Made by a program: the position numbers and the translations under genes | The notes under the pieces: model-generated | Seen by the model: the letters and a program-made list of their open reading frames with translations, nothing else | Databases searched by the model: none | Told to the model about the DNA's origin: nothing | Assembly (NCBI GenBank): GCA_951406725.2 | Contig: OX597822.1 | Coordinates: 108,314,001 to 108,378,000, forward strand | Source of the DNA: Octopus vulgaris | Lineage: Eukaryota | Length of the DNA: 64,000 bases | Direction: 5' to 3' | Shown here: positions 12,466-27,280 of the stretch, piece after piece | Position numbering within the stretch: the stretch's first letter is position 1 | How the letters are laid out: the number at the start of each line of letters is the position of its first letter

Positions 12466-12989
12466 CTAACAAATAAATAAATTAATTAATTGCAAATCCT
12501 GCTTCAGAAGAATAATATGGAAGTAAATGAGATAAGGATTATAAATGGTTTTGAAAAATATTTTAGAAACCGAATAAAGAAAAAAGCTAGATAAAACATA
12601 TACGGAAATGCCAACATTCTCAAGTGTGTGTGCGAATGTGCGTGTTTGTGTTTACGTGTGTTTAATGATATGTTAAGCTGTGTAAAATAATTGACTATGC
12701 CAGAGATATGTTTGCAAGCTCTTCGTGTATTTACGTTTTAAATTCGAAATGAACAAATTTCCAAAATTATATTTTCGTTGGGATACTTCCTACTAAGTCC
12801 GAATACAATTATTTTATGTTTAGGTGAGGTATATACGAGGCAAAGAATTTTCAGCAACAAGTTCCAGTGCGTGCTACATAGTTTTGCAAATGAATATTAA
12901 CCAAAGTATTCTCTGCTTATTCAATAAAATAATTTGATGTAGTAACCCTACCCAATTAAAAGCATACCTTATTGTGGTTCAAAAAGAAC

Positions 12990-13376
12990 AAGTGCAGGCG
13001 CAATGGCCTAGTGGTTAAGGCAGCGGACACACGGTTATAGCATCGCGGTTTCGATTCTTAGACCGAGCATTATGAATGTTTATTGAGCGATAAAGACCTA
13101 AAGCTCCACTTTGTCTGGCAGGGGGTGGTGGCGAACCGTGCAGTGCTCTTTCACCACAATTTTCTCTCACTCTTTCTTCCTGTTTCTGTGGCACCTGTAT
13201 TTCAAAGGGCCAGCCTTGTTACATGCTGTGTCACGCTGAATCTCCCCCGAGAACTATGTTAAGTGTACACGTTTCTCTGGAGTGCTCAGCCACTTAAATG
13301 TTAATTTCACGAGCAGGCTGTTCCATTGATCAGATCAACTAGAACCGTCGTCTTCGTAACCGACGGTGCGCCAAGA
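12990..13376 (+). mobile_element. tRNA-derived SINE (family 3) with 10-bp TSD
   Basis: A-box tggcctagtgg and B-box-like ggtttcgattc, a 3' hairpin ccgtcg...cgacgg, and the direct repeat caaaaagaac at 12980-12989 and 13377-13386. Confidence 0.8.
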
Positions 13377-13524
13377 CAAAAAGAACGAGCCATTAGATGA
13401 AGTCCGCTGTGTGGGAGAAATAAATTGCTTGGTCAAAAGGATAGTATCATTAAATTAAGGTTTGCCTGACCAGCGTTTATTCGGGAATAAAAAAACATAC
13501 TCAATAATATTGCCGACTAAGTCT

Positions 13525-13740
13525 ACGAACTAGCAGAATTGTTAGTACGTCAGACAAAATGCTTAGCGATATTTCGTCCTTCTTTACGTCCTGAATTCAA
13601 ATCCCGCCGACGCTAATTTGAACTTTCATCCTTTCGGGATCAGTAAAATAAGTACCAGTTAAACATTGGCGGTCGATGTAATCGACAGTCTCCAAAACCC
13701 GCCTTTGCTGGTTGGTACCAACATTTTAAACCAATAATAT
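13525..13740 (+). mobile_element. tRNA-derived SINE (family 2), degenerate
   Basis: agcagaattgttagtacg...aatgcttagcgatatttcgtc...ttcaaatcccgccg...tttcatcctttcggg. Confidence 0.7.
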
Positions 13741-14659
13741 TTCAGACTTTCTGCCACATTAGCTGAAATATTTCGGATGTTTTATGAAACATGATTTTCT
13801 TTGTTATACAACGGTACACTTATTGTATGAAACCTTTTATTTTTTTCCGTGCTTTCTTATAAAGCAGATACCTCAAATTCAAATCATTACAGTGACATGT
13901 TATCGGAAAATTAAATAGTTTTCTCTTATACTTTATTTTCTCTGAATGAATTGATTGATTCAAAGTTACTGGTCCCACTATATCTATTTGTGCTGTATGT
14001 TTTTATTTCCTATAATATTTTCAAATAAATGATTAGGTAAAACCTGATTGAATACATATGTTAACAGAGAAAATATATTCAGAAAAAAAGTGTAGGAGAA
14101 CAAAAGATATCAGAGATATATACGCAGCAAACTAGATATTCAAATGACTGTTTTCAGTATAGATATACATCAACAATAGACGCAAACAATAGTAGGAATA
14201 TATACACTGATCTGATCAGTATACTGATGTATACTTGTAACTAGAAGATTAATAGTAAGGGATAGAGTATCATTGTGTGTACTTGTATATATTTTGTACA
14301 CTATTGTGAAAAGGACAAAAAGGCATCGATACGTCATCAGCTAAAGACTGACTGCAGACGGATATTAGTTTTCTGATTATCAAATAAAGATTTCGACATT
14401 TAATTATATGTAATTGAATATCTATTCAATGACAATAACCAATCTTTTTTTTATATATGTGTGTGTGTGTGTGTGTGTGTGAGCGTGTGTGCGTATATGT
14501 GTCGTGTAGGTGTGTTATCTTCATATAAGCATTCACAAAAAAACCCCAACAATATCAAAAATATACAAGCACACACATACGCACATACCGCATATGTATA
14601 GATAAATAAAAAAAACCTAGGACCCTGAGGTGTATGTGTGAGTATTTGCATATGTATAT

Positions 14660-14840
<181 letters not shown>

Positions 14841-15711
14841 CGGGGTACCGGGTTTCGATATTTATCTTAACATGAAATTGTTTTAGGTTAAAGAAAGTCT
14901 ACAGGTTAATTGTTATAGTTACTGATAATGTTTTACGTGTATTTATAATCCAAAATACCAAATTTTGCCTTCAACATAATGCTTAATCTTTTCTCACCTG
15001 AAATAATCCCTTCTACTATTGGCGCAAGGCCTGAAATTTGGGGTTAGTCAATTAAAAATGACCCAGTGCTCATCTGGTACTTCTTTCATTGTCTACCTAA
15101 AGGATGCAGACAAATTCAAACCCGGTGGTATTAAAAATTAGATGTGAAGAATCCGGCAGAAATCCCACTAAGCACATTCCGTGAGGAGCTAATCATTCTA
15201 CCAGCTACCTAACTTAAATGTTGTCGAAATTGATAAGGGATAAATGTATATACCGGCAACGGTATATTTATCACTACGTTTACGTGATTTTAATTGTCTT
15301 AAAATCAACTGGGAAATTATATAGAAGAGAACCTCATTTGTGTGACAATTTATATTTCTTTATGCATGTTTCAAATAATTATTTAAGTATTGAATATGTT
15401 CCTAGTAGTCAGCCGGTAGAGTACGTCCACTGCCTGTGGCTACACGCATTCTGAGGGATGCACCACAACCGATTGTATGGTATCCCACCAGCGAATGATC
15501 GTTGCACTATGGATCGAGCAAATGAACAAAAACACCACAACCCCGTACCTGACTTTTTTTTTAGTTTTCAATTATTTTCGTCGTTGGTGAATTCTTGTGG
15601 CTTGGTCATTTTGATTGCTGTGTTAACTTGCCGGTACTGCCTGTTCGTACGCTTTATTCTTCATTGATAATTTTTACATTTATGGTTTTTGATGCATGCT
15701 AAGCCACTCGT

Positions 15712-15731
15712 AATTATCATCATCATCACCA

Positions 15732-15790
<59 letters not shown>

Positions 15791-15815
15791 ATCATTATTA
15801 TTATTATTATTATTA

Positions 15816-15897
<82 letters not shown>
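15712..15897. repeat. (ATT)n microsatellite
   Basis: Directly visible. Confidence 0.95.
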
Positions 15898-16571
15898 AAC
15901 AATAATATGTTCATATATATTTATATAATTTTTATTCATACCAATAACCTTTTAAATTAGCTGTGACATTGAAAACGGTCATCGACCACACCGTGGCTAA
16001 CAAACTTTTCAATCCTGGGTTCAGTAAGACTCGCTGAAGATGAACTAAAAATATTTCTCAAAATTCGAAGTCACGCTATATCTGACTTTTTAAAATCTAT
16101 TATTTTCATCATCGATGCTTCGAGTTTATTGACTCTTGTCTATGAGATGTACCTAAGAGAGACAAATATGAAAAAAAAACTAAATAAATTCGAGACATCG
16201 ATGATTCGGATTCCCGAGAAATGTCGACATTGAACGAATTGTGTGTTTTCATACGTTGATAACATAAGAGAGTTTTTCCCCATGATAAGTGTAGTGTATT
16301 TGCCTTTAGCAGTTGAAATATGTGACAGACATGTTTCAACTAACTTAAATTGTGATTATACGTAAACACTGTTTTGCAAAATTACTTCGTTTATTTATCT
16401 CGATCGGGCGATCTACCAGCGAATTCGAGATTTTTTCTCCACGGTAAAATACGTTGACAAACATATTTCAACTAACCTAAATTGTGATTATATATAAACA
16501 CTGCTTAGCGCCATGCTCCATTAAATCGTTATGTATGTGTGTGTGTGCATGTATGTGTTTATATAGCTATA

Positions 16572-16646
<75 letters not shown>

Positions 16647-17024
16647 GGGTGTGTTTTATTAGTGTCAGACATCATTTAGCCGTGTTTACGTAATACATCG
16701 AAATACTTTATTTCACCAATATTTGTTATTTGTGTGTTAAGCGGGCATTTACCGGATAGTTAATTTCAACGTTGCATTCCGTTATCTACTTTAGCTATAT
16801 AAAATTTAGTATGTTACCAAGTTCCGAGACAGCAAATTTTATCGATAGAAAAACATTCACATAGAGAAGTGCCGGATATTGCAAAACCGTCCATACATAC
16901 AAACACACATGGATGCATACATACATATATGTATATGTGTGTATGTGTGTGTGTTTCTGTGTGTGTGTGCTTGTGTATATATATGCACATTTGTATAATG
17001 ATATATAAATCTATGTGTGTATGC

Positions 17025-17065
<41 letters not shown>

Positions 17066-17108
17066 CATACATAAGGATATATATCTGTATATATATGTAT
17101 GTATATAA

Positions 17109-17165
<57 letters not shown>

Positions 17166-17194
17166 TAAAATGGTAGTTAGGATTTTGGAAAATT

Positions 17195-17310
17195 TTTATT
17201 AGCGCTTTCTTCTCATTCATGGAGATTCATCAGATATAATTTCCATAGAAAATTTTCTGGGAAACTTATATCTGATGAATATCAAGGAAAGAGAGGAAAG
17301 CGCTAATAAA
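17195..17310. ncRNA. Back-to-back inverted pair of minimal hammerhead motifs (family C)
   Basis: Plus strand 17269-17308: tat-CTGATGA-...gagag-GAA-AGCGCT-A-ata. Minus strand 17197-17236: tat-CTGATGA-a-tctc..gaga-a-GAA-AGCGCT-A-ata. The whole segment is an imperfect ~116-bp palindrome. Confidence 0.65.
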
Positions 17311-17564
17311 GAATTAGTTAAAATTATGAGTACCTCCTTTTTCTTACGCCTCAGTACACTGCTTCAAACAATCTATACATAAATACAAAAACACACACAC
17401 GCACACATACAGAAACAAGCACACACATGCATGCGTGCACACAGTTATTCACACCGATCTACATGCATAAACAAGATTGCTACATTTATGCAAGTATATG
17501 TAACCCAAATACGTAATGTGTGTGTGTGTGCCTGTGACTGTATATATATATATATATATATATG

Positions 17565-17600
<36 letters not shown>

Positions 17601-17637
17601 TATACATATATACATATATGTATTTATGTATGTATAT

Positions 17638-17793
17638 AGGCGTGGTTATTTGGTAAGAAATATACTTATTAACCACATGGCTCCGGGTTCACTATCACGG
17701 CGTGACACCTTAGTCGAGTGTCTTTTACTATGGCTTCAGGCCGACCAGATCTTGAGTGTATTTTGTACACGGAAACTCAGAGAAGCCCGTCGT
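17638..17793 (+). mobile_element. tRNA-derived SINE (family 1), degenerate 5' half
   Basis: aaccacatggctccgggttca...ggccgacca...ggaaactcagagaagcccgtcg. Confidence 0.75.
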
Positions 17794-17864
17794 GTATATG
17801 TATGTCTGTGTGTGTATATATATTTACATGCATATGTACACAAATACACATATATATGTATGTT

Positions 17865-17923
<59 letters not shown>

Positions 17924-18369
17924 ATGTGGGTGGTTAATGAAGCTACCAATGGTTTTATGTTGCACATGTCTTAAATATCTATCTATCAATACGATTTTGA
18001 TTACGTTTTCTCACTGTTCATATATATATATATATATCAACACATATATGCATTGCAATTGCATTAGACTAAATGGCACTTACACAAACTTTATATAGTC
18101 GCGGGCTGGCAATTCGTTCGTCCCGTTTCGATAAATTGTGCCTGAATTTTATAGGCCACAAAAATGTCTGAATATTAGTACCCATCATTCCTGAACAGCG
18201 TTGGAGGGGAGATATCTCTTCCTTCTATGACTTTCGGTTTTTTTGACACCCAGTGCTATCAGGGACTCCCTCCCAAAGTACTGTAGGGAGCGAGCTGTTG
18301 AACAACAAAACACATACATGAAGCATGTGCAGCCAACAGTGTTTACAACTCTTACTCTGCTTTAATTCT

Positions 18370-18408
<39 letters not shown>

Positions 18409-19809
18409 AACACAAATGAGCTGCTTTTTCACCAGTTATTTTATTTTTCACATCAATTATTATGTTACTGCAGCCGCTCGTTGAGAAGAGCTTTCTTTCG
18501 TTGTTTCTGTTTGCTTTCACTTGTTTTTCGATTGTCCGTTCACTTCTTTATGCCAACAATTTTCTGATATTGGCTTTGTTATTCGAACTTTTGTTTTGTT
18601 TTCTCTCTGTTATTTATTTTTGTTTTCTAAGGGTTTACCACTACCTCAGACTTGTAGTAAATATGTCCACCTACAACGTATTCATCTTCTTATTTATATG
18701 TATCCTATATTTCTCATCTTGTTATTTTTATCCTTTTCATATTCACTGCCTCGGTCGTGCTCCTGTTATTTGATTGTATTTAAGAATAAAATTGCCCTTC
18801 TCTATTTCAAAATGTTGCCCCTCGTATAGGGATGCATTATAGATATATTTCTGAATATATATACAATGATATTTTCCCGCTCTTCCTTGATAGATTTCCT
18901 TATTATTTGCCTTTATATCCTTTTCCTAATCCCAGGATAGATTTTTTTCTGGAGTTATTGCTGACAGCGTATTCTCAGCTGGCTTTTGTATCTTACGCCA
19001 CTTTTGAAGAAATTTTTTAATATATTTATCATGTAATCATTGTTCTATTCAGTACTTGTAATCTCTAAATCCTTTGTTCACATTATATTCTGACGAACCC
19101 TCTAGCCCAACTTTTCTGCTAAGGTATCTTTCCGTTGATTATATACTCCGTTTCATATGCTTGGCCGAAAAGAAAACACAGCAAAAAATATGTGATATAA
19201 TACTTGAGGCTACAAATCTTACAAATGTAAACAAAGTTGCTGTCTCGCTAGTAAGTTTTAGGCTTCTAATTTGAACGTATGAAAGTCGGAGAATGCATTG
19301 AGTGTAATGACATAATACAGTAACCTGAATAACTATTGCATGAAATATTTGGTTTGTGTCCAGCCGGTATCCATCCGCCAGTTGTTGCATTCAATTGCTT
19401 TCAAATTCATATGTTATCAGCCACTATATGTATCTAGATTGACATGTGAAATATATCTTTTACGAAAAAATATTTACATAATCGTTGCTATTCGTTTTTT
19501 CTCCCGTCATTTGCTCGTTGGCTACCTCAATTATATTATGATCTTTAAAGTTGACGTACTTTTTCCAATATCGAATATTGTTATTTTTTATCTGAATTTC
19601 TGTTATCTCAATATAGATTCACTTTATAAATATATTTTAAGAGGTATTCTATTGGTAATTTTCTTCGCTTCTCCTCTTTGAATTCTGTGCATACACACGC
19701 ACACACTCACACACGCATACACACACACACGCACAAACACACCCATTCACACACACACACATACACACACATATATATATACATATACACATATATACAT
19801 GCATATATA

Positions 19810-19862
<53 letters not shown>

Positions 19863-20491
19863 GTAGCATGAAATATAAAAAGGGGAAAATATACGAGAAT
19901 TTATTCATCACAACAATTCTTTCGACACATCTAGTATGGATTCCTCATGGCTGGGACACTCAAGAACTGGTTCAGGAGCATCCAGTGGGGCAGATGTATC
20001 TCGTCGAGTGATAGAGAAATAAATACAACTTGAGAAATAAATACAACTTGTTCGCTGTGTGGAACCACACAGCGAACATCCACCATGGGTCATCACATTT
20101 GCTTAAGGTAAAAATGAATTCCTCGCTCTTTCGGAAACATCAATCTTCTGTATTGACCGCTTTCCACCACTTTGATCTGTTTTTTGTATTGAATACGTAT
20201 CGCCACCGTGGGCCACTGCATCGAACACTTTGAACATATACTTCAAACTATATATCAACTATACATGAACTCTAAGATGTCTGACTCCGTTGTGTATTAT
20301 AAATGAATTTCTTGTGTTTGACGGCATGAGCTGTCTTTATTTATATATAACTTTTTTTGATAAAGTTCATTTCAGGAACTGAAACATGTTATAATGTATA
20401 TATATAAAAATTAAAAATTGTATAATACAGCAGCATTTTCGAACTTCATTTTTTACAAATATATACCTACTCGTATACGAGCTAATCCTAT

Positions 20492-20547
<56 letters not shown>

Positions 20548-20829
20548 CAACAATTGAGGGTAAAATTAATTAATTATTAATCATTTTCACCAAGTTTTCA
20601 GTATGCAAAGGGACCATTTAAGGCGAATTCAAATTATTACATTATATAAAAGGGCTTAGTAAAATAAATTACTTTGCCGCATACTGAACTCATTAGAAAT
20701 AGCAGCTAAAAAACTTTTTTAAAGCTATTTCTAATACTTAAAGAAAATCTCTCTCATATAGTGTTTGCTTAACTCAACTCACAAAAGTTTGGGGGTAAGG
20801 ACATCAAAAAATCAAATGCAAAGGTTATT

Positions 20830-20881
20830 TGAGAACGTACGTTTCAAGATTAGTCAATACGACACTTCTATCATCAGCTCA
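20830..20881 (-). ncRNA. Minimal type-I hammerhead ribozyme (family D), unit 1
   Basis: tgag-CTGATGA-tagaagtgtc[gtatt]gactaatctt-GAA-ACGTACGT-T-ctca. The core is intact, stem I is 4 bp, stem III is palindromic and the triplet is GUU. Confidence 0.8.
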
Positions 20882-21389
20882 GAAACTCCTTGGTTTGGAT
20901 TTGAAAACACTGAAAGTAAGAACATACCCTTTCGGCTTCTCATCGCTTTCGAAGATCTGCTCGTAACTAACAGTGCCAACAAACTCAAATATGCAAGCGA
21001 AGAATTTCTGTTCTCCCCTTTCCACCAGCGTGGGTTAAAATCATCAAACACTATGCTTATTTCGGTAAAATCCGAAGCATTAATTAGAGGGAGATTAATT
21101 ATAATTTCAACAATTGAGGGTAAAATTAATTAATTATTAATCAATTTCACCAAGTGTTCAGTATGCAAAGGGACCATTTAAGGCGAATTCAAATTATTAC
21201 ATTATATAAAAGGGCTTAGTAAAATAAATTACTTTGCCGCATACTGAACTCATTAGAAATAGCAGCTAAAAAACTTTTTTAAAGCTATTTCTAATACTTA
21301 AAGAAAATCTCTCTCATATAGTGTTTGCTTAACTCAACTCACAAAAGTTTGGGGGTAAGGACATCAAAAAATCAAATGCAAAGGTTATT

Positions 21390-21441
21390 TGAGAACGTAC
21401 GTTTCAAGATTAGTCAATACGACACTTCTATCATCAGCTCA
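21390..21441 (-). ncRNA. Minimal type-I hammerhead ribozyme (family D), unit 2
   Basis: Identical to 20830-20881 and exactly 560 bp away. Confidence 0.8.
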
Positions 21442-21897
21442 GAAACTCCTTGGTTTGGATTTGAAAACACTGAAAGTAAGAACATACCCTTTCGGCTTCT
21501 CATCGCTTTCGAAGATCTGCTCGTAACTAACAGTGCCAACAAACTCAAATATGCAAGCGAAGAATTTCTGTTCTCCCCTTTCCACCAGCGTGGGTTAAAA
21601 TCATCAAACACTATGCTTATTTCGGTAAAATCCGAAGCATTAATTAGAGGGAGATTAATTATAATTTCAACAATTGAGGGTAAAATTAATTAATTATTAA
21701 TCAATTTCACCAAGTGTTCAGTATGCAAAGGGACCATTTAAGGCGAATTCAAATTATTACATTATATAAAAGGGCTTAGTAAAATAAATTTTGTGAGTTG
21801 AGTTAAGCAAACACTATATGAGAGAGATTTTCTTTAAGTATTAGAAATAGCTTTAAAAAAGTTTTTTAGCTGCTATTTCTAATGAGTTCAGTATGCG

Positions 21898-22640
21898 ACC
21901 ATGAAAAACAAGTGTTTGGCAAGACCGCGTGATTCAGAGGCTTTCGTTAAGAGATCGTTGCAGTACAACAGCAGGAATTTCTTGCTAAGTAAATCATGAT
22001 CAAGGAATGAGTGTGTCTCGGAAGACTGTGGGTTATCGTTTGAATGAAGTTGAACTTGATGCATTTTTCCCCCGCTACAAAACCTCTCATCAGAACCGAA
22101 ACTGGTGTGTTAAAAGCAGTTTCAATATATTTGGCTCCGATGGTAGACAATACGTGAAACGTCGTAAAAGTGAAAGATTATTCCCTAAAAGCGTGACGAA
22201 GTCAGTGAAGTTTCGAGGTGGAGGTTTAATGGTATGAGTAGTGATTTCTACAGCAGGTGTTGGGCCATTGATCCAGATCCGTCGTTCTGCATCATGCGTA
22301 TGCCAGCTATGAGGTGATTTCCAACTCATCAGCTAATATTTATGCAGCATTATGCTCCATGTCACAGTCCTAAAATAGTTAAGGATATGTTTGAAGAAGA
22401 AAACATTACTGTAATGCGTTGGCCATCTCAGAGCCCTGAAATTAATCTCATTGAAAACTTATGGAAGATATTGGCAATAAGATCAGAGGGCACAGGCCTG
22501 CGATGTTACGGTTTTGTGGGTAAAACCTCAGGAAGAATGGAATAAAATTATGTCTGGACAATGTGAAAAATTGTTCAAATCCTGTGGACGGAAATGTGCT
22601 GAGGTATTTAAAAAGGAAGGAATGTACACATATAATTGAC
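21898..22640 (+). mobile_element. Tc1-family (DD34E) transposase pseudogene fragment
   Basis: FNIFGSDGRQYVKRR...TKSVKFRGGGLMV*, MQHYAPCHS and MRWPSQSPEINLIENLW, with frameshifts and stops. Confidence 0.85.
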
Positions 22641-22725
22641 AAATTGATGTGGATTGTGAACTTTCCCGGTTATATAAATCTTTACACAAACACACACACA
22701 CACACACATACATACATACTTACAT

Positions 22726-22760
<35 letters not shown>

Positions 22761-24259
22761 CGAATATACTAGCATATATACAGATTACACACACGTATAT
22801 ACATATGACAAAGATACACACATACCGGTTGTTTAGAATAGACATGTATATCAAAATTATGAAAGACATTTAAATTTTCTGCGATCATTTTTAATAGACT
22901 GATTATATATATTAATAAATTTGAAATATTGCCTGCTCTGTTTCATAAATGTCATATATTTCTTGCTATACAATGATGAGATTACTATTTCTATTTTCAT
23001 AAACACTAGAATTTTGTCTTTCTTAAACTCTGAAATGACTTCAATATATTACTCAAATTCTATCAATGAAAATATCTAATAAAACATTTTTTCTTTCTTT
23101 TTACTTAAAAGACAGAAGTCAAATCAAAGAAAATTTGTGATGTCTAACAGTTGGGATAAAATTAATTTGGAAACAAATGTTAACGCATTGTTTGTATGAT
23201 GCAAAGCAAAAATTATCAACAATAACAATAACAACAACAACAGGAACAATGAATTATCTTTAAATGCAGTCAACTATATTTAATTAAGGTTTAGTGCAAA
23301 GGGAAAAAAATGTAGAAATAATTCATTTTAAATCTCAACCGTCACATAAAATTTAGTTAAGAACTAGAAAACTATTAGTTATTGATCAATGATGTAAATC
23401 GGTAGCATTGTCAGATACTTCAGTGCAGAAACTTTATTTTTCATAGAAAAACATATTAATTCTTAAAGAAATGCGATAGCCACGAGGGTGACTTATTAGA
23501 ACATATAACAAGAACTGTACTCTATGACTAGCTCACATTAACTGACGCTGGGTCACATTAGGTGTGATAGGTTGCCATGAATAATTTCTTAGCTCAATAT
23601 CTTAAGAATGCCTAATAAATTTATATTTTATCATAAATGAAACAGTCTGATCATCCGGCTTCGCATCTGCATGTACTCAGTTTCTGGTAATTGAGGCGGA
23701 ATTCACCCGGAGTGGGTTGAGTGGGCGTTCCCTACGCCCATTAAGAATGATGAACACATCCGACAGCTGAGCATAGTGTAATGCTTCTATATGCAACCTA
23801 AAAATTCAGCTTCAAAATTTGACAAATTCTTCTGCTGGGTGAGCATTCGCCTCGGATAATGCGAACGCCGTTGTTGTATTCGTCATACGTTGTTGAGGTG
23901 TGTAGATTTTATGTTCTGAGTTTCAGTGGCAACACAATTTGTCTTCGATCACGATCATTCACAATTCTGGCTAGTGTGATCCGCAGGATCTCATTTTTCG
24001 TCGATTGTTAGTTATCCGTGCAGATGTAGCCAGAGTTTGAAGTGACAGCTACACGTGCTAGTTAACATATAACTATGACATTAACAGGTTCTACTACTCC
24101 GGGTCAGAAAAAACCTGCGAACAATAAGGGATTAGAGGTGGCTTCACACACTTCAAAAGCTTGATCACCCGTACCAAGGCCCGACTACCGGATGCAGTTT
24201 AAAGTCTTACCTCGGTGAGAAATTATAAGGGAAAATTTATTTCAGATCTATATTTTTTG

Positions 24260-24758
<499 letters not shown>

Positions 24759-25844
24759 GGAAAATTAACTGTTTTCAAATTTGATATATGCCTCATTTAA
24801 CATGACCATTAAATCCATGTACGACTCTATAATTGTTTTGTCATACAGTGGTGTTTATTGAATTTGTCATTGTAATTATTACATATATCTTCTTTCAATT
24901 TGGGACTGTGTACTTCTTTGCACGTATGAAACTAGCTTTTGCATAGCAACTCTTTACAGAACTACCATCTCGAGATACAGATCTCATTTTCTAATGCTGC
25001 ATTTATATAAAATAAAGCTGCACGTTGAATTAGGGATGTCATCGAACATGGAATATGGGATGGCTTTGCAGGCCGTGAACAAACGTTAGAAAATCATCCA
25101 TAGATTCGTAGATAATCGTAGATATATTTGATAATGTTAACCAGGGTAGGATTGACTTCAGCTAGAATATGAAAAAAATTGCGTAACAAAGATTAACAAG
25201 TCGTGGTTAGTGTTAGTAACTGGAAAACAAACGGGTAGTGTTAGATTGGAACACAAGCATTTTAGTGAAGCAGATCGAGAATTTGACTGGAGGTTTTCGT
25301 TATACAAGTTGGAATATTGACTAATTGTAAAAAGGTGAGAATGAGTCAAGATATCAAGAAGATTCTCTACCGAAAATGTTTTTTCGTTTGCTTCAAATGT
25401 AAGTGAACTAAAGGTACATTGTTTAGAAGCAGAGACCTCAAAATGCACCAGCTTTTGATTATTTGCCCAACGTCTACCTCGCAATTATATCTCTTGTATT
25501 TGGAACAACGTTTCACTCAAGAATCTTTCTCGACGTGCTGCTCACTTATGATCCTAAATCGTAGGTAGCTAGATTACTCATTTCGAGCAATCACTCCAAA
25601 TGGGCGCTCTGCGTAAACTGTTATAAGCCTGTGAATGTAAGAAAGATGAGTCATTTAGAAATCAACGTTTTCGTGAGAGAGATCTAGGAGTATTATATAG
25701 CAGAGGAACTGATGGGTTGATATCATTCTTGTGGTGGAAAGAAGAAAGCTAATTGAGATACCAGTATGTGAATGTAGATTCCTTGAGTGGAGATAAGTTT
25801 TAATGGAGAGAGGATGTTGTAAAACTAATAGGGAGTCTTTCATT

Positions 25845-26125
25845 TTTTTTCATTTCATTTCATCTAGTTTCAGCTCACGAGCTGTGGCCATGGTGGGGCA
25901 CCACCTTTCGGTGTTGCTACATGATTTTACTTCACGAATGATTTTTAGCAATTAACATTTGGTGTATGAGAGAGTTTGATGCAGCTGCCCTCATCTGCAC
26001 CTCCTGCCATGAAGTTGGTTCATCTGGGAAACCTGACAGGAAGAGGTCCAGCTTTATTTTGAAAACATCTGTATCCACCTCATGTCTCTCATGTCTCTCA
26101 GGTCCTTCGGGAAGATATTGAAGAT
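25845..26125 (-). mobile_element. CR1-type LINE 3' end fragment
   Basis: VDTDVFKIKLDLFLSGFPDEP...RAAASNSL, then 3' UTR ggtgccccaccatggccacagctc...ctgaaactag and a (tgaaa)n tail. Same family as 45577-46091. Confidence 0.8.
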
Positions 26126-26559
26126 CATCTTGTTTGGCATCTATATAAGTGAAAATCATTTCTAAAGAAGGCACATGCCATAGTGTTGAGCACATCCTAA
26201 AGACATGTCATTTGCTAGAGAATCATAAAATAATAATGCAGGGAATATCAATTCACAATGGTGTACAGCATCAACACCTGAGATGTTGCTGCTTTAAATA
26301 AGAACAAACAAGAAATAGACAATTTAACAAAAGGGACGAAGCGCATTGGCATAATTGACTCGGTGACACACTTTAGAATCTGGTCACAAAGTTGTTGCCT
26401 TCTATCTCTTCGTCCCTAACTTCCCATCCCTCTCTCTCCAGCTCTCGGTATCTTTCTCTCTCTCTCTCACTCTCTTTCTCTCGCTCGCTCTTTCACCGTC
26501 AAGGAAAGCAATTTACTGCCCTCTGTTCCTTGCAACTGATTATTTTATATTATTTATAT

Positions 26560-26722
26560 TATTTACGTCATTTACATCTTGCGGATATTTGTCCTCATCT
26601 TGTTTGTTGTTAACACAACGTTTCAGCTGATATACCCTCCAATCTTCAAAAGGTGTCTTCGGGAAATTTCGAACAATTATTATTATTGTTGTTGTTGTTG
26701 TTATTATTATTATTAATATTAA

Positions 26723-26812
<90 letters not shown>

Positions 26813-27086
26813 TTTACTTTTAATCTGCATGTTTGATGCAATCACTTGCCGGGGCACACCCAGCGCCCTAGGGCAAGAGAAGGTTAAGAGTTGTTGAAAT
26901 ATAGCTGAAAGCTTGGGGAGGGGAAATATCTCCATGTAATACAAACGCAAACATTTACATTGATAGGGTTTTTATGAGGATGTGGGCAGTACTTGTTAGC
27001 ACAATCTTTTGGATTTCCTTGGATCATGGTTCTCCAGGGATATTGTCTAGGTGTTTCTGACAACCCTTTTTATCATACCTAGGGCA

Positions 27087-27170
<84 letters not shown>

Positions 27171-27211
27171 TATTATTATTATTATTATTAATATTATTAT
27201 TATTAATATTA

Positions 27212-27280
<69 letters not shown>

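Larger units (their letters stand above)
20541..21897 (-). repeat. 560-bp tandem array (2 full units plus 130 bp) with an inverted 109-bp terminal segment; PLE pseudo-LTR/retrozyme-like
   Basis: Units at 20541-21100, 21101-21660 and partial 21661-21790. 21789-21897 is the reverse complement of ~20678-20786. The array abuts (TA)n and has one HHR per unit. Confidence 0.9.

Noticed and set aside
16030-16078. CTGAAGA...ttcGAAGtcacg hammerhead-like motif
   Set aside because: No proper GAAA, stem III or cleavage triplet.
18420-20330. Possible old LINE and mariner fragments
   Set aside because: Too degenerate to assign by eye. Needs RepeatMasker or TBLASTN.
20765-21693. Duplicated 122-aa ORF in the 560-bp units
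   Set aside because: Non-ATG start, no recognisable domain, antisense to the ribozyme, and duplicated only because the unit is.
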